DNA of 64,000 nucleotides from a virus (taxonomy: Duplodnaviria; Heunggongvirae; Uroviricota; Caudoviricetes): positions 20,134 through 84,133 of the IMG/VR virus record IMGVR_UViG_3300020160_002689; one strand, given 5' to 3'. Under the pieces are notes generated by a model. That model worked only from the letters and a program-made list of their open reading frames with translations, was not told the DNA's origin and did not search any database. Both the position numbers and the translations under genes were made by a program. Below are positions 17,699-28,450 of the stretch, piece by piece (position 1 is the first letter of the stretch; each line of letters begins with the position of its first letter).

Positions 17699-18054
17699 TG
17701 AATAGACCAGAAGTAAGAATTATTAGTCAACAAGAAGAAACTACAAGAGAAGTATCAGGATGGGAAGCAGAACAACTACTTAGAAAATATGGTCAAGATC
17801 AAAGTTTTTCTACAAGACCTCAAGTTCAACAACCTGAACAACCAGGATTAACTTTTGAAGAAATGATTGCACAAGAAGAAGCTAAATTAAAACAAGAACA
17901 AATTAGAAAGCATCAACAAATGATGGGTCCTAAGCCAGTTACATTTAATGGTCAAAATGGTTATGATTCAGAAGTAAGATATGGCTCTGATTCAGATAGT
18001 GGATTTGGTTTTAAGATTGAAATCACTACTGATATGAATTTACCTAAATATTAA
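17698..18054 (+). CDS. hypothetical protein
   Basis: 118 aa, Q/E-rich. Confidence 0.4.
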   Translation: MNRPEVRIISQQEETTREVSGWEAEQLLRKYGQDQSFSTRPQVQQPEQPGLTFEEMIAQEEAKLKQEQIRKHQQMMGPKPVTFNGQNGYDSEVRYGSDSDSGFGFKIEITTDMNLPKY

Positions 18055-18347
18055 TTAAGTACCACTTTAGCTTTTAATCTAAGTTGATTACAAGGTTTTA
18101 TAGGTCTTGGACATAATACCATAAAAGGTTCATCAACATCTTTAGTTATAATTGGTAGTTTTATTACATCACCTGTATTAAATCTTTTATCATCTGTTTT
18201 AAGTATCTTAACATTTGCAATTGCAGGAACTCTGTGAGGACTCCATTCATAATCAACTAAAGCAGCGGTTAAGGTTACTACATTTTCACCTTCAATAAGT
18301 TCAATGTTCAACTCTTTGTTATAATCTATTTTGTTCCAATCAATCAT
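18051..18347 (-). CDS. hypothetical protein
   Basis: 98 aa. Confidence 0.4.
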   Translation of the reverse strand: MIDWNKIDYNKELNIELIEGENVVTLTAALVDYEWSPHRVPAIANVKILKTDDKRFNTGDVIKLPIITKDVDEPFMVLCPRPIKPCNQLRLKAKVVLN

Positions 18348-18388
18348 GACTTTTAGTTTGTTTTGTTATACAAAGATACAAATAATTT

Positions 18389-18853
18389 TTAATTCCTAAA
18401 ATTTTTCATTACACTATTTAATGTAAGTTCTAATGCAATATCTTGGTATTCATCTTCTGTAAGACCTGTACCATATGCATCTTCTATCTTTTTAATCATT
18501 TCATATTTTGGTTTCTCTGTTTCTGCTCTTCTTTCTTGACCATCAATTTGAGTTTTTACTAATTCATCACTCCAATTAGTTTCTCTATCAAGTATCTCAA
18601 TATCTTCTAATTTTAATATACATCCTGCAACTCCTGATCCAGTAACTGCATTTGCTAATTCTTTAGGAACTGCAGCCCAAGTTCTACCACCATCAGAAAA
18701 GTCATAAACATATAAGTATCCAGATAACCTATATTCATTAGAAGAATATTTACTTTTCTTTTCTCTTGTATCTCTAAAACAAGTTCTACCAATAGTAGTG
18801 TTATTCAACATATCTGTAGTAACTGCTTCATTAAATTTTCTCAAATGTTTCAT
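18389..18853 (-). CDS. hypothetical protein
   Basis: 154 aa. Confidence 0.45.
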   Translation of the reverse strand: MKHLRKFNEAVTTDMLNNTTIGRTCFRDTREKKSKYSSNEYRLSGYLYVYDFSDGGRTWAAVPKELANAVTGSGVAGCILKLEDIEILDRETNWSDELVKTQIDGQERRAETEKPKYEMIKKIEDAYGTGLTEDEYQDIALELTLNSVMKNFRN

Positions 18854-18877
18854 AGATTATATATAAAAAATGGGAAA

Positions 18878-19129
18878 CTAACTTTTAGTAATTAAGTTAA
18901 TTTTGGCTTCTCTTAACAAGACTTTTATAAGTTCAAAGTCTTTTTCTGTTAAACCCCAATGGTCTTTAGGTTCAGTTAATAAATAAACAAGGTCTGTCAT
19001 TGTAGAGTCTAATTTAAGATACTCTAATTGTTTTTCACATTGTCTTATATGAGCAGCCAACATAAAGTGTTGTCTATATGTAGCTTCATTTTTCATGAAG
19101 TTTATCACATCTTGTATATTATAATTCAT
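18878..19129 (-). CDS. hypothetical protein
   Basis: 83 aa. Confidence 0.35.
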   Translation of the reverse strand: MNYNIQDVINFMKNEATYRQHFMLAAHIRQCEKQLEYLKLDSTMTDLVYLLTEPKDHWGLTEKDFELIKVLLREAKINLITKS

Positions 19130-19376
19130 CTAATAATAGTGTTAATTTTAAGTCTCTTAAACATTGACTTTTAGGATTATATTTATTGAAGTATTCTACT
19201 ACTTTAGTAAGTTCAATTTTTAAGTTTTCTAAAGTAGGTTCAATATAAGTATTATTATATTGGTTCTTAAAAGAATTTTCAATATCTCTTAGTTTACCAG
19301 CCATTTCATAGTCTTGAACTTTAACTGCAAAAGACTTTAATTCATATACTTTATCAATTACTTCTTGATTAGACAT
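19119..19376 (-). CDS. hypothetical protein with a UVR-like motif
   Basis: YEMAGKLRDIEN resembles the UvrB/UvrC interaction (UVR) motif. Confidence 0.35.
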   Translation of the reverse strand: MSNQEVIDKVYELKSFAVKVQDYEMAGKLRDIENSFKNQYNNTYIEPTLENLKIELTKVVEYFNKYNPKSQCLRDLKLTLLLDEL

Positions 19377-19890
19377 TTCCTAATATTCTTTTTAATTTTA
19401 TATCTCTTATTTCATCATCACTTCTTCTGAACCAAAGAGTTTGTTCATATGCCAATTTTAATTCTTTCCAAGTAGGTTTAACATCCCAAACACCATAAAC
19501 ATACATTGAATCATCCCAACAAATACAACTTCTTAATTCTGACCTTTGATCATCTGCCCAACTTTTATATGTTTTATCATCATATTTATATTCAAATTGA
19601 GTATTTCTTTCCCAGGTTCTTCTTACATCAACCCATTCAACCTCAATTGCCATATCAACTACATAATCATCAATATGTAATCCAAGTTTAGGATAATAAA
19701 GTCTTTCTTCATAATCTTCACCAATTCTTTTAATTGGTTCAGTAATTTCATATAGAAAGAATTTCCCAGTATTAACTTTGGCTTTTAAAAAATCATATTT
19801 ATCATTATGTTTTCTTAAAAAGTTACCACTATAAGTAACAATTTTACTTATTTTTCTTTTCTCTGCTATTTGTTCTTTAGTTAAAATCAT
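19369..19890 (-). CDS. hypothetical protein
   Basis: 173 aa. Confidence 0.45.
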   Translation of the reverse strand: MILTKEQIAEKRKISKIVTYSGNFLRKHNDKYDFLKAKVNTGKFFLYEITEPIKRIGEDYEERLYYPKLGLHIDDYVVDMAIEVEWVDVRRTWERNTQFEYKYDDKTYKSWADDQRSELRSCICWDDSMYVYGVWDVKPTWKELKLAYEQTLWFRRSDDEIRDIKLKRILGNV

Positions 19891-19907
19891 TTTACAAATA
19901 TAAAAAA

Positions 19908-19931
19908 TTAATATATAAGATACAAAATAAT
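19908..19931 (+). promoter_or_regulatory. promoter-like motif TTAATATATAAGATACAAAATAAT
   Basis: Close match to the 16966 motif; sits about 12 nt upstream of the ATG at 19944. Confidence 0.4.
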
Positions 19932-19943
19932 ATAGAATTAATT

Positions 19944-22619
19944 ATGGCTTTAGTTGTCTTTGGTGAAAAAATAGATTTTACTTTAATTACTCTTCCAGAA
20001 GAAGGTGGTTATGTAGTAGGATATGATATAAATACTGATTTATTATCACAGATGGATTACCTTGGTAATGTTACTGTAATAGGTGGAAGTGGTGGTGGTT
20101 CTTTATCTACTACTCTATCTTTGGGTAACAATACTGGAACATATTCTATAGTATTAGATAGTTCTATAACAAAAGGAACTAATAAAATATTACTAGATGA
20201 TGGTAGAGTTTCTATAACAACTGCTAATGGTAATTACAATGAATCATATTTATTTATGAACTCAACTGATACAATTTTAGGTAATGGTTCAAGTAAAAGC
20301 TTTAGAATAGAAAGTACTGGTATAATTACTAAATGGTCAGATACAGATAGACAAGTAATTAATACAAATTCATATGAGTTATTTTTAAATAATTTGAATA
20401 CTTTACAATTTGGAAAATTATCATCAGGAGCAGGAAGTAAATTATCAGCATTAATATCAACAGATAATTCTACTATTGGTAATGGTCTTGTCAATACAGT
20501 AGTTATTGGTGGACAAAATATAAGTGCATTAGAAAGTAATTCAGTTTATGTTCCTTATTTATTAATTCAAGATGGTAAAGTAATAAAGGGCACAAAAGGT
20601 TCAGGTCAAATACAATTCACTGAAACAGGAGATGTTATTTCATCAAATAGTAATTCTGTTATAGGTGTTATATCTTCAACAAGTTCAATTGCATTTACAC
20701 AAAATGGTATTTTTATAAAAGATAGTGCAACTGCATCAAGTTCACCAAATATAGATAGTGGAATTACTTATGTATCTACAAGAAACTCAAGTGCAACTGC
20801 AAGTATTAAAAACTCTGTAGTTATAGGTGGACAAGGTTTAATTGCAACTGCAGATGATACGGTTTATTTAGGTAATAATGTGAATATAAATAATGCATTT
20901 ACTTTACCTACAACTGATGGTTCTATAGGTCAAGTATTAAAAACTGATGGATTAGGAAATGTAACTTGGGGTGGTGTTGCAGCAACATTAAACTTAGTTA
21001 CTTTAAATCGTACTTCATTTGTAAGTTTATCAGGTGTATTTGAAGTAGATACAACTTATGTTATTACAAATGCAGATACATCATTATATGGTGGTACAGA
21101 AATATATTTAACTACAAATTCAAATGGAGTATTGAATGATGAAGGTATTGGTAAATTTTACAATCCTAATTATGACCAAGGTACTGCAGGTAATGGAATT
21201 TTCAGTACATCATCAACTTATGCAATTAATACCACAACAATTTGGGGTGGATATATTTGGCAAAATAATACTGGGACACACTCATCCCCAACAAACTTAT
21301 TTGAATTAAATGGTCTGGATTTAGTGGAAAATTGGACACAAATACCATTTGATGAAGTATATTATACAATATCATATGATAAAATTAAATATGATTGGCA
21401 GAATGATTTAATAGTTTATAGAAATGAAAAAAATACAAATATAGTTAGTACAAGTAAATCAAATATTGCATACTGGATTAATTTAATTGGTTACAATCCA
21501 ATAAAATCATTCCAATGGGGGAATATCTATAATTTTATTTCTAGTAAAGGTATTGGTAGTCAAAATATAATTAATTCTTATAATGAGAATATTAATTTTA
21601 GAGGAACTTCACAAAATAATATAACAATGATTAATTCATCTGCTCAATATAATATACCAAGTTCAAATACAATATCACAAGATAATTTAACTTTTGACAA
21701 TTACAAGTATAATAGACAATCAATCACATTTTCATCTGAGAGTGGTTTAGTTTTTCAAGGTGATTTACCAAATACAACACCATCAAAATTGATGGGTAAA
21801 GTTAATAATCAACAAGTAGAAATAGATTTAGCTGTAACTTCTTTAGTTACACCAGTAATTACATCAAGATGGAACATATTTAATAATGGTGGTACTGTAT
21901 CATTTGGTCCAACTGCAATAGATGGTATAACAATAGGAACATTTAGTACATCAAATGTATTAACAGTTCCTATTGGTTGTAGAGTTTCATATACAGGAAC
22001 AAGCACTATTCCTGCAGCAACTATTGGATTTTCTACACCTACAACAAGAACTGGTAGCTTTACATTTTCAGGTAGTACATATCCTGTAGTTAGTGCAACA
22101 CTATCTACTACAGGTCTATCAGCAAGTACTACTTATAATACAACAATAACAAAACCAAGAACTGGTCTAATAGTATCCGGTTTACAAGTAATTGCAGCAA
22201 CTGGAAGTGATGTTATATCAGTAAGTACACAGATAATATTCAGTAATTTATTTTATTTTGGATATTTGAATATTGGACCTGTTTCATCAAATATATCTCA
22301 AATTACAGTTGATGGATTGACAGCAAGTCAAATACAAGGATTGGGTAATTATAAGTTTGGTGGTAGAGCACAAACATTCATAGCAAATGATGGTGGTGCA
22401 GGATCAAGATTGATATTTGCTTATCCTTCTTCATTAGGAGTTCTTACATCATTGACATATACTGGTTCAACAGTGAATTCACTTGGTGCATTTACAAGAG
22501 CTACAAATCCAGTAACTATTACAACAATAAGTGGTGCTTCAATATCATATCATGTTTATGTAGCAAATGCAGATAATACTTGGGGTAATGGAACAACAGT
22601 AACAATAACAACAACATAA
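19944..22619 (+). CDS. large structural protein (tail fibre / adhesin-like)
   Basis: 891 aa, rich in G/S/T/N with beta-strand-like repeats; directly precedes two tail-fibre paralogs. Confidence 0.55.
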   Translation: MALVVFGEKIDFTLITLPEEGGYVVGYDINTDLLSQMDYLGNVTVIGGSGGGSLSTTLSLGNNTGTYSIVLDSSITKGTNKILLDDGRVSITTANGNYNESYLFMNSTDTILGNGSSKSFRIESTGIITKWSDTDRQVINTNSYELFLNNLNTLQFGKLSSGAGSKLSALISTDNSTIGNGLVNTVVIGGQNISALESNSVYVPYLLIQDGKVIKGTKGSGQIQFTETGDVISSNSNSVIGVISSTSSIAFTQNGIFIKDSATASSSPNIDSGITYVSTRNSSATASIKNSVVIGGQGLIATADDTVYLGNNVNINNAFTLPTTDGSIGQVLKTDGLGNVTWGGVAATLNLVTLNRTSFVSLSGVFEVDTTYVITNADTSLYGGTEIYLTTNSNGVLNDEGIGKFYNPNYDQGTAGNGIFSTSSTYAINTTTIWGGYIWQNNTGTHSSPTNLFELNGLDLVENWTQIPFDEVYYTISYDKIKYDWQNDLIVYRNEKNTNIVSTSKSNIAYWINLIGYNPIKSFQWGNIYNFISSKGIGSQNIINSYNENINFRGTSQNNITMINSSAQYNIPSSNTISQDNLTFDNYKYNRQSITFSSESGLVFQGDLPNTTPSKLMGKVNNQQVEIDLAVTSLVTPVITSRWNIFNNGGTVSFGPTAIDGITIGTFSTSNVLTVPIGCRVSYTGTSTIPAATIGFSTPTTRTGSFTFSGSTYPVVSATLSTTGLSASTTYNTTITKPRTGLIVSGLQVIAATGSDVISVSTQIIFSNLFYFGYLNIGPVSSNISQITVDGLTASQIQGLGNYKFGGRAQTFIANDGGAGSRLIFAYPSSLGVLTSLTYTGSTVNSLGAFTRATNPVTITTISGASISYHVYVANADNTWGNGTTVTITTT

Positions 22620-22620
22620 T

Positions 22621-25600
22621 ATGAGTATAACATACGGTGATAATTTAAAACATAATAATCCACTATTTCCAATTGTGGATATTGAGGATGTTAAAGGTGG
22701 TATAAGAACTATTGCCACTTTTAGTAATACTGATTTATATAATGAATTTAATAGTATACCTGATAAGTTAAGACAAAATTATACTAGTTTAATTGTAACA
22801 AGTACAAACCAACACTATTATTTGACAGGAACAGATGCTACAATTACAACAAGTTGGACACTAACAGGTAGTGGACTTTCTGCATCAGGTACAACCAATA
22901 GTATTGTCAAGTGGACAGGTTCAACATCTTTAGGAGATAGTTTAATTACAGACAGTGGTGACACTGTAACTATTAATGGTAATCTTAATGTTATTGGGAC
23001 AAGTTCAACAATAACAAGTGAAAACTTATTAGTTAAGGATCCTATTATATTATTAGCAGGTTCTCAATCAACACCATTATTTGATTCAGGTTTATTTGTC
23101 AATAGAGGTACAGGTGATACACAAGCATTTATATGGGATGAATCTTCAAGTGAATTTTCATTCTTTTCAACTACTAGTAGTGCAACAACATCAGGTAATG
23201 TCTTGATTGGAACATATTCTAATGTAAGAACAGGACCATTATCAGTTGGTACTGGTATAACATCAAGTAGTAGATTTTCAGTTTCATCAACTGGTGGTAC
23301 ATTATCATTAGTTGTTAATGAACAAGGTGATGCTATTTTTAGAGGTGATACAAAAATAATAGGTGCAACACTTTCTACTAACTCTAGTATACCAGCAGGT
23401 TCAATTTTATTTGGAACAAAGACTTCAATATATTCACCTGGTGATAGACAAATAATTATAGGTACTGATAGATCTTCTACATATAATTATGCAAGTGGAT
23501 GGAAATTCACAGACTATCAAATAACAAATCTATGGGGGAATGCAATAGAGATGCAAAATACAATGGGTACTATAAGAGATTTATTTGTTGGTGCAAATAT
23601 TGCTTTTATAGGATATGGAATACGTCAACAAAGTACACTATTTGTTAAAGGTACTACAGCAAGTATTATGAGAGTTGTTGGTACTGGTGCAACTTGGAGT
23701 AATAGTGAAAGTATATTTGAAATAACAGATAATGGTGTTGGAATAGGAACTAATTCACCATCTACTAAATTACATGTTTATGCAACACAATCAGGAGCAT
23801 TTAGATTACAAGATGGGAGTGAACAAAATGATTATATTTTAAAATCAGATTCAAATGGTGTTGCTTCTTGGGTTTCTTTATCAACTATTGGAATTAGTGG
23901 TGCATCTGGTTCTGTACCTAAATTCACTGGAACTAGTTCATTAGGAGATAGTAGATTTACAGATAATGGTACTACTGGTTTTTATGGTTCAACAACTGAT
24001 TATGTTTCTTTTATATCAGGAGGAAATACATATTTATCATTGGTTAGAGCTCAGGCATCATTGTCTTTTTATTTAGGTAATCCACAAATATCACAAAATT
24101 GTCGAATAATATCTACTAATACATTAGGATTAACTATTGAGTCTGCTGGATATACTCAATTCAAAGTTGGTGTATCTTATAGTACATCATTAACAATAGA
24201 TTCAAATGGTGTCTATAATCAAATTAAAGGAACCTCAAATACTATTTATGGATATCAAGCATTATTTACAGCAACTGCATCATCATTAAATAATACTGCA
24301 TTTGGTTATCAAGCACTATATGCAAGTACTGTAAATGAAAGTGTTGCATTTGGATATCAAGCTCTACGTTTTAATACAACAGGTATTTATAATACCGCAT
24401 TGGGAAATTACTCATTATATAACAATACAACTGGTGGTAAAAATATTGCAGTTGGTTTAACAAGTTTATATAAAAATAAAACAGGTTATGATAATACTGC
24501 AGTTGGTCATCAATCAATGTATAGTAATACAACAGGATATCAAAATACTGCCATAGGTTCTTCATCACTACTTAATAATACTACTGTAGTTAATACAATT
24601 AATATAATCAATGGTGGTTCTGGATATACTGCAAGTAGTACTTTTTCTAATGTACAATTATCATATTTATCTGGTAGTAGTGCTACTACATATCCATCAG
24701 TGACGGTTTATGTTGGGGTAGGTGGAACAGTAAGTAATGTAATATTAGAGACATATGGTACAGGATTTATAGATTCTACAACAATTATGAGTGGAAATTT
24801 AGGAACAGGAGTTACTTTTTCTGTTGGTATAAGTAGTTTAACCTCAGGTGATAATAATACTGCAGTTGGTTATAATTCATTGTACTCTAATGTAAGAGGA
24901 GTTCAAAATACCGCAATTGGTTCAGGTACATTATATGCAAATAATGCTAACTTCAATATTGCAATTGGTCATAATTCTTTATATAACAATACAACTGGTT
25001 ATTACAACCTTGCAATTGGTGTAAGTTCATTACAAAATAATAAAATAGGTTTATATAATATTGCTATAGGTAACTCAGCTTTATTAACATCAACACAAAG
25101 TTATTTTAATACTGCCATAGGTTCATCTGCATTACAAGTTACTACATCGGGTCAACAAAATGTTGGTGTTGGTCATTCTACATTATCTGCAAATACAACT
25201 GGTGGATATAATAATACATTAGGTGCATTTACATTACAACAAAACACTACAGGTGTGAATAATATTGCTATAGGTAGTAGTTCATTAAATATTAACACAA
25301 CAGGTTCTAATAATATTGGTATAGGTTCACAAGCTGGATCATTTGATATTAGTTCAAATGGTGTTACTAGTTCAAATACGTCAATTTTTATAGGAAGTGA
25401 TACTAAACCAAATTCAATTAATCAATCTAATCAAATAATTATTGGACATGGCGCAACAGGTTCAGGTTCAAACTCAGTAACATTAGGTGCAAGTACAATA
25501 ACAAAGACACAATTAAGAGGAACAATAAATATAGGTAATGTACCACAATATGCAAGTAATGGTGCTGCAATATCTGGTGGTTTAGTTCCAGGAGATATAT

Positions 25601-25638
25601 ATCAAACTTTATCAAATGTTTTGATGGTGGTTATATAA
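22621..25638 (+). CDS. tail fibre protein with YadA-head-like NTA(I/V)G repeats
   Basis: 1005 aa; dozens of (Y)(Q)NTAIG/NTAVG..N.L..NTTG repeat units; N-terminal ~120 aa shared with the next gene. Confidence 0.65.
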   Translation: MSITYGDNLKHNNPLFPIVDIEDVKGGIRTIATFSNTDLYNEFNSIPDKLRQNYTSLIVTSTNQHYYLTGTDATITTSWTLTGSGLSASGTTNSIVKWTGSTSLGDSLITDSGDTVTINGNLNVIGTSSTITSENLLVKDPIILLAGSQSTPLFDSGLFVNRGTGDTQAFIWDESSSEFSFFSTTSSATTSGNVLIGTYSNVRTGPLSVGTGITSSSRFSVSSTGGTLSLVVNEQGDAIFRGDTKIIGATLSTNSSIPAGSILFGTKTSIYSPGDRQIIIGTDRSSTYNYASGWKFTDYQITNLWGNAIEMQNTMGTIRDLFVGANIAFIGYGIRQQSTLFVKGTTASIMRVVGTGATWSNSESIFEITDNGVGIGTNSPSTKLHVYATQSGAFRLQDGSEQNDYILKSDSNGVASWVSLSTIGISGASGSVPKFTGTSSLGDSRFTDNGTTGFYGSTTDYVSFISGGNTYLSLVRAQASLSFYLGNPQISQNCRIISTNTLGLTIESAGYTQFKVGVSYSTSLTIDSNGVYNQIKGTSNTIYGYQALFTATASSLNNTAFGYQALYASTVNESVAFGYQALRFNTTGIYNTALGNYSLYNNTTGGKNIAVGLTSLYKNKTGYDNTAVGHQSMYSNTTGYQNTAIGSSSLLNNTTVVNTINIINGGSGYTASSTFSNVQLSYLSGSSATTYPSVTVYVGVGGTVSNVILETYGTGFIDSTTIMSGNLGTGVTFSVGISSLTSGDNNTAVGYNSLYSNVRGVQNTAIGSGTLYANNANFNIAIGHNSLYNNTTGYYNLAIGVSSLQNNKIGLYNIAIGNSALLTSTQSYFNTAIGSSALQVTTSGQQNVGVGHSTLSANTTGGYNNTLGAFTLQQNTTGVNNIAIGSSSLNINTTGSNNIGIGSQAGSFDISSNGVTSSNTSIFIGSDTKPNSINQSNQIIIGHGATGSGSNSVTLGASTITKTQLRGTINIGNVPQYASNGAAISGGLVPGDIYQTLSNVLMVVI

Positions 25639-25673
25639 TATAATATATAAGAAAGAAAAATAATTAAGAAGAA

Positions 25674-27449
25674 ATGAGTATTCAATTTGGTGACATATTA
25701 CAACACAACAATCTACTTTATCCTATTGTTGATATAAATGATGTTAAAGGTGGATTAAGAAGTATAGCTACTTTTAGTAGTCCTGCTTTAGTTTCAGAAT
25801 ATGCATCTATTCCTGAAAAGTATAGAAGTGGTTATAGTTTATTATTAGAAACAAGCACAGGTACTATCTATTATTTGGCAGGTACTGATGCAACTAATAA
25901 ATTTCATTGGAGTCCTGTAGGGGTAGGTGGTAATGGATATGGAGTTACAAATACAATACCAAAATGGACAAGTTCTTCTATATTAGGCAATAGTAATATT
26001 ACTGATAATGGTGATACTATAACTATTAATGGAAATCTAATGGTTATTGGTACTACCTCAACAGTTAGTTCTGAAAACTTATTAGTTAAAGATCCAATAA
26101 TTCTATTAGCAGGATCTCAATCAGGAGTACCTACATATGATGCTGGTTTATTTGTTAATAGAGGAAGTTCTACAACTCAAGCATTTATATGGGATGAGTC
26201 TGAAAAAGAGTTTAAATTTATCACTACAACAAGTGGTGCAACAGTATCAGGAGATGTAACAATTGGAACTTATTCAAGTGTAAGAACTGGAATTTTAAGT
26301 GTTGGTACAGGAAGTATAGCAAATAGTAGATTTATAGTTTCATCATCTGGCGGAACTGTTTCTTTGGTAGTAGATGAATTTGGAAATGTTTATAATAATG
26401 GAAATGGTGGAATAGCTACCAATACTGCATTTGGTGCAAGTGCATTATCAGTAAACACAACCGGTTATAGAGACACTGCAATAGGCGTTAATGCATTACT
26501 CTCAAATACAACAGGACATGAGAATACTGCAATTGGATATAATTCATTATCACTAAATACAATAGGAAAATTTAATACTACTATAGGTGATTCTACAATG
26601 GTACTGAATACAACTGGAAGTTATAACGTTGCAGTTGGATATGGTGCATTATATTATAATAATGGTAATTTTAATACTGCAGTTGGTATGGCATCATTGC
26701 AATTAAATAGTACAGGTATTAATAATACTGCACTTGGTTATAATACTTTGGGTATGAATACAACCGGTACTGATAATGTTGCCATAGGTAATGGGGCCTT
26801 GGGTTCAAATACAATAAGTTCTGGAAATATTGCAATTGGTTCAGATGCTCTGACAAATAGTAATAGTGATGATAATTTAGCTATAGGTACTCAGGCTTTG
26901 GGTTATTCAACAACAGGTATATTTAATGTTGGGATTGGTTCACTTACATTATTTTCTAATACTACAGGTTATCAAAATACTGCAATAGGATATAACTCAT
27001 TGGCTTTGAATAAAATAGGTTATCAAAATACTGCTATAGGACATCAGGCAGGACCTTCTCTTAATGGCGCAACCAACTCTATAAACTCAATTTATATAGG
27101 ACATCAGGCAGGTCATTATTCTAATGGTTATAGTAATGAAATTATAATAGGAACTACACAAAGTTATGGTACAAACTCAGTTGTATTAGGTAATACATCA
27201 ATTACCAAAACTATTTTAAGAGGTAGTATTCTTGTTGGTACAACTACAACATCTTCTTCAGCAATATTAAAAATAGATAGTTTTAGTCAGGGTGTATTAG
27301 TTCCAAGAATGAGAACCAGTGAAATAAATTCAATTGCACTTCCTATAGAGGATGGATTAATAGTTTATAATACTGATATAAATTTGATATGTTATTATGA
27401 TGGTGGTAGTGCAAACTGGATGAAGATTACTGGTGTTACAACAATGTAA
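25674..27449 (+). CDS. tail fibre protein paralog
   Basis: N-terminus (MSIQFGDILQHNNLLYPIVDINDVKGGLRSIATFS ... YYLAGTDAT) is homologous to the 22621 N-terminus; same NTAIG repeats; different C-terminal domain. Confidence 0.65.
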   Translation: MSIQFGDILQHNNLLYPIVDINDVKGGLRSIATFSSPALVSEYASIPEKYRSGYSLLLETSTGTIYYLAGTDATNKFHWSPVGVGGNGYGVTNTIPKWTSSSILGNSNITDNGDTITINGNLMVIGTTSTVSSENLLVKDPIILLAGSQSGVPTYDAGLFVNRGSSTTQAFIWDESEKEFKFITTTSGATVSGDVTIGTYSSVRTGILSVGTGSIANSRFIVSSSGGTVSLVVDEFGNVYNNGNGGIATNTAFGASALSVNTTGYRDTAIGVNALLSNTTGHENTAIGYNSLSLNTIGKFNTTIGDSTMVLNTTGSYNVAVGYGALYYNNGNFNTAVGMASLQLNSTGINNTALGYNTLGMNTTGTDNVAIGNGALGSNTISSGNIAIGSDALTNSNSDDNLAIGTQALGYSTTGIFNVGIGSLTLFSNTTGYQNTAIGYNSLALNKIGYQNTAIGHQAGPSLNGATNSINSIYIGHQAGHYSNGYSNEIIIGTTQSYGTNSVVLGNTSITKTILRGSILVGTTTTSSSAILKIDSFSQGVLVPRMRTSEINSIALPIEDGLIVYNTDINLICYYDGGSANWMKITGVTTM

Positions 27450-28239
27450 TATAATTATATACTGTTTCAATCACTAATTCATTCTCTTTAGTTTTTTTAC
27501 TATCTGATACAAAGTGTGTATATCCCAATATACTTGCAGCATGCTCAATATTATTTATAGATGAGAAATCTGTAATCAACTTAACTCTGTAATTAAAATA
27601 ATTACATAAATTAGTAATATAAAACTGCTCAAAGATTAGAGATGTTATCTCATATTCTATATTGTAACTATCAATGTATTCAATGTATTTTAATGCTTCA
27701 TCCCACCAAATATCTAATATATCTAATTTATTAAATCCAATTATACCACAATTATAAGATTCTTTAAAATCCCAATTTATGTATTTTGAATCAAGTCTAA
27801 AGTTATTTATAAGATTAATGTAAGGACGTATATGTTCTAATCCTACATCTTTCATAATCTCACTTTCTTGAAAACAAGCATCTGAACTTAATAAATCAAT
27901 ATGAGGTTTCTTTGACCAAATTACATCATTGTCAATATGAATAAATGGTTCCTTCTGTATCTTACAAGCATATATTTTACCAATGGCCCAATGTTTAGAA
28001 TCAATATCTTTAAGTGCTTCTTCCAATTCAATAGATACTGATGTAAATGGTAAACCATATTTATCAATTAAAAGTTCTCTACCTTTAATATCTGTTACCA
28101 ATTCAACATGAGTAAAATACTTCTTACTCATTTCTAGTGAAATTGATAAACATTTTATAAATATTTCCTCACTATTAAACCCAACTGAAAAGTTGTCCAT
28201 TGGTTTTGTCCAAAGTGAATATATTGCCTTATCTATCAT
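27436..28239 (-). CDS. hypothetical protein
   Basis: 267-aa ORF convergent with the tail fibre genes; overlaps them by 14 nt. Confidence 0.45.
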   Translation of the reverse strand: MIDKAIYSLWTKPMDNFSVGFNSEEIFIKCLSISLEMSKKYFTHVELVTDIKGRELLIDKYGLPFTSVSIELEEALKDIDSKHWAIGKIYACKIQKEPFIHIDNDVIWSKKPHIDLLSSDACFQESEIMKDVGLEHIRPYINLINNFRLDSKYINWDFKESYNCGIIGFNKLDILDIWWDEALKYIEYIDSYNIEYEITSLIFEQFYITNLCNYFNYRVKLITDFSSINNIEHAASILGYTHFVSDSKKTKENELVIETVYNYITLL

Positions 28240-28270
28240 TTAATTTATATTAAATAACTTATATAAGTTG

Positions 28271-28356
28271 AAGAGAGCAAGGAAATCGAATCCTATCCAG
28301 TTTCCCGGACGTCTCGCTTAGCAGGCGGACCCTATCACCATCAAGGTTTACTCTCC
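28271..28356 (-). tRNA. tRNA-Ser(GCU) (tentative, class II)
   Basis: 86 nt, long variable arm (TCCGG-GAAA-CTGGA), loop CUGCUAA, T-arm TAGGA-TTCGATT-TCCTT, acceptor GGAGAGT/GCTCTCT. Confidence 0.5.
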
Positions 28357-28364
28357 ATATTTAG

Positions 28365-28450
28365 CAGTGAAAAAGAGAATCGAACTCTATACATATAAAC
28401 GTACGTACTGCTTTCCGGGCAGACCCAATCACCATCAAGGTTTATTCACT
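28365..28450 (-). tRNA. tRNA-Ser(GGA) (tentative, class II)
   Basis: Paralog of the previous tRNA (shared ATCACCATCAAGGTTTA D-region); loop CCGGAAA; acceptor AGTGAAT/TTTCACT. Confidence 0.5.

Noticed and set aside
22621-27449. Possible CRISPR-like or tandem DNA repeats in the tail fibre region
   Set aside because: The periodicity is at the protein level (NTAIG repeats, roughly 57-nt units with divergent nucleotides) inside continuous ORFs. There are no spacer/repeat structure and no cas genes.
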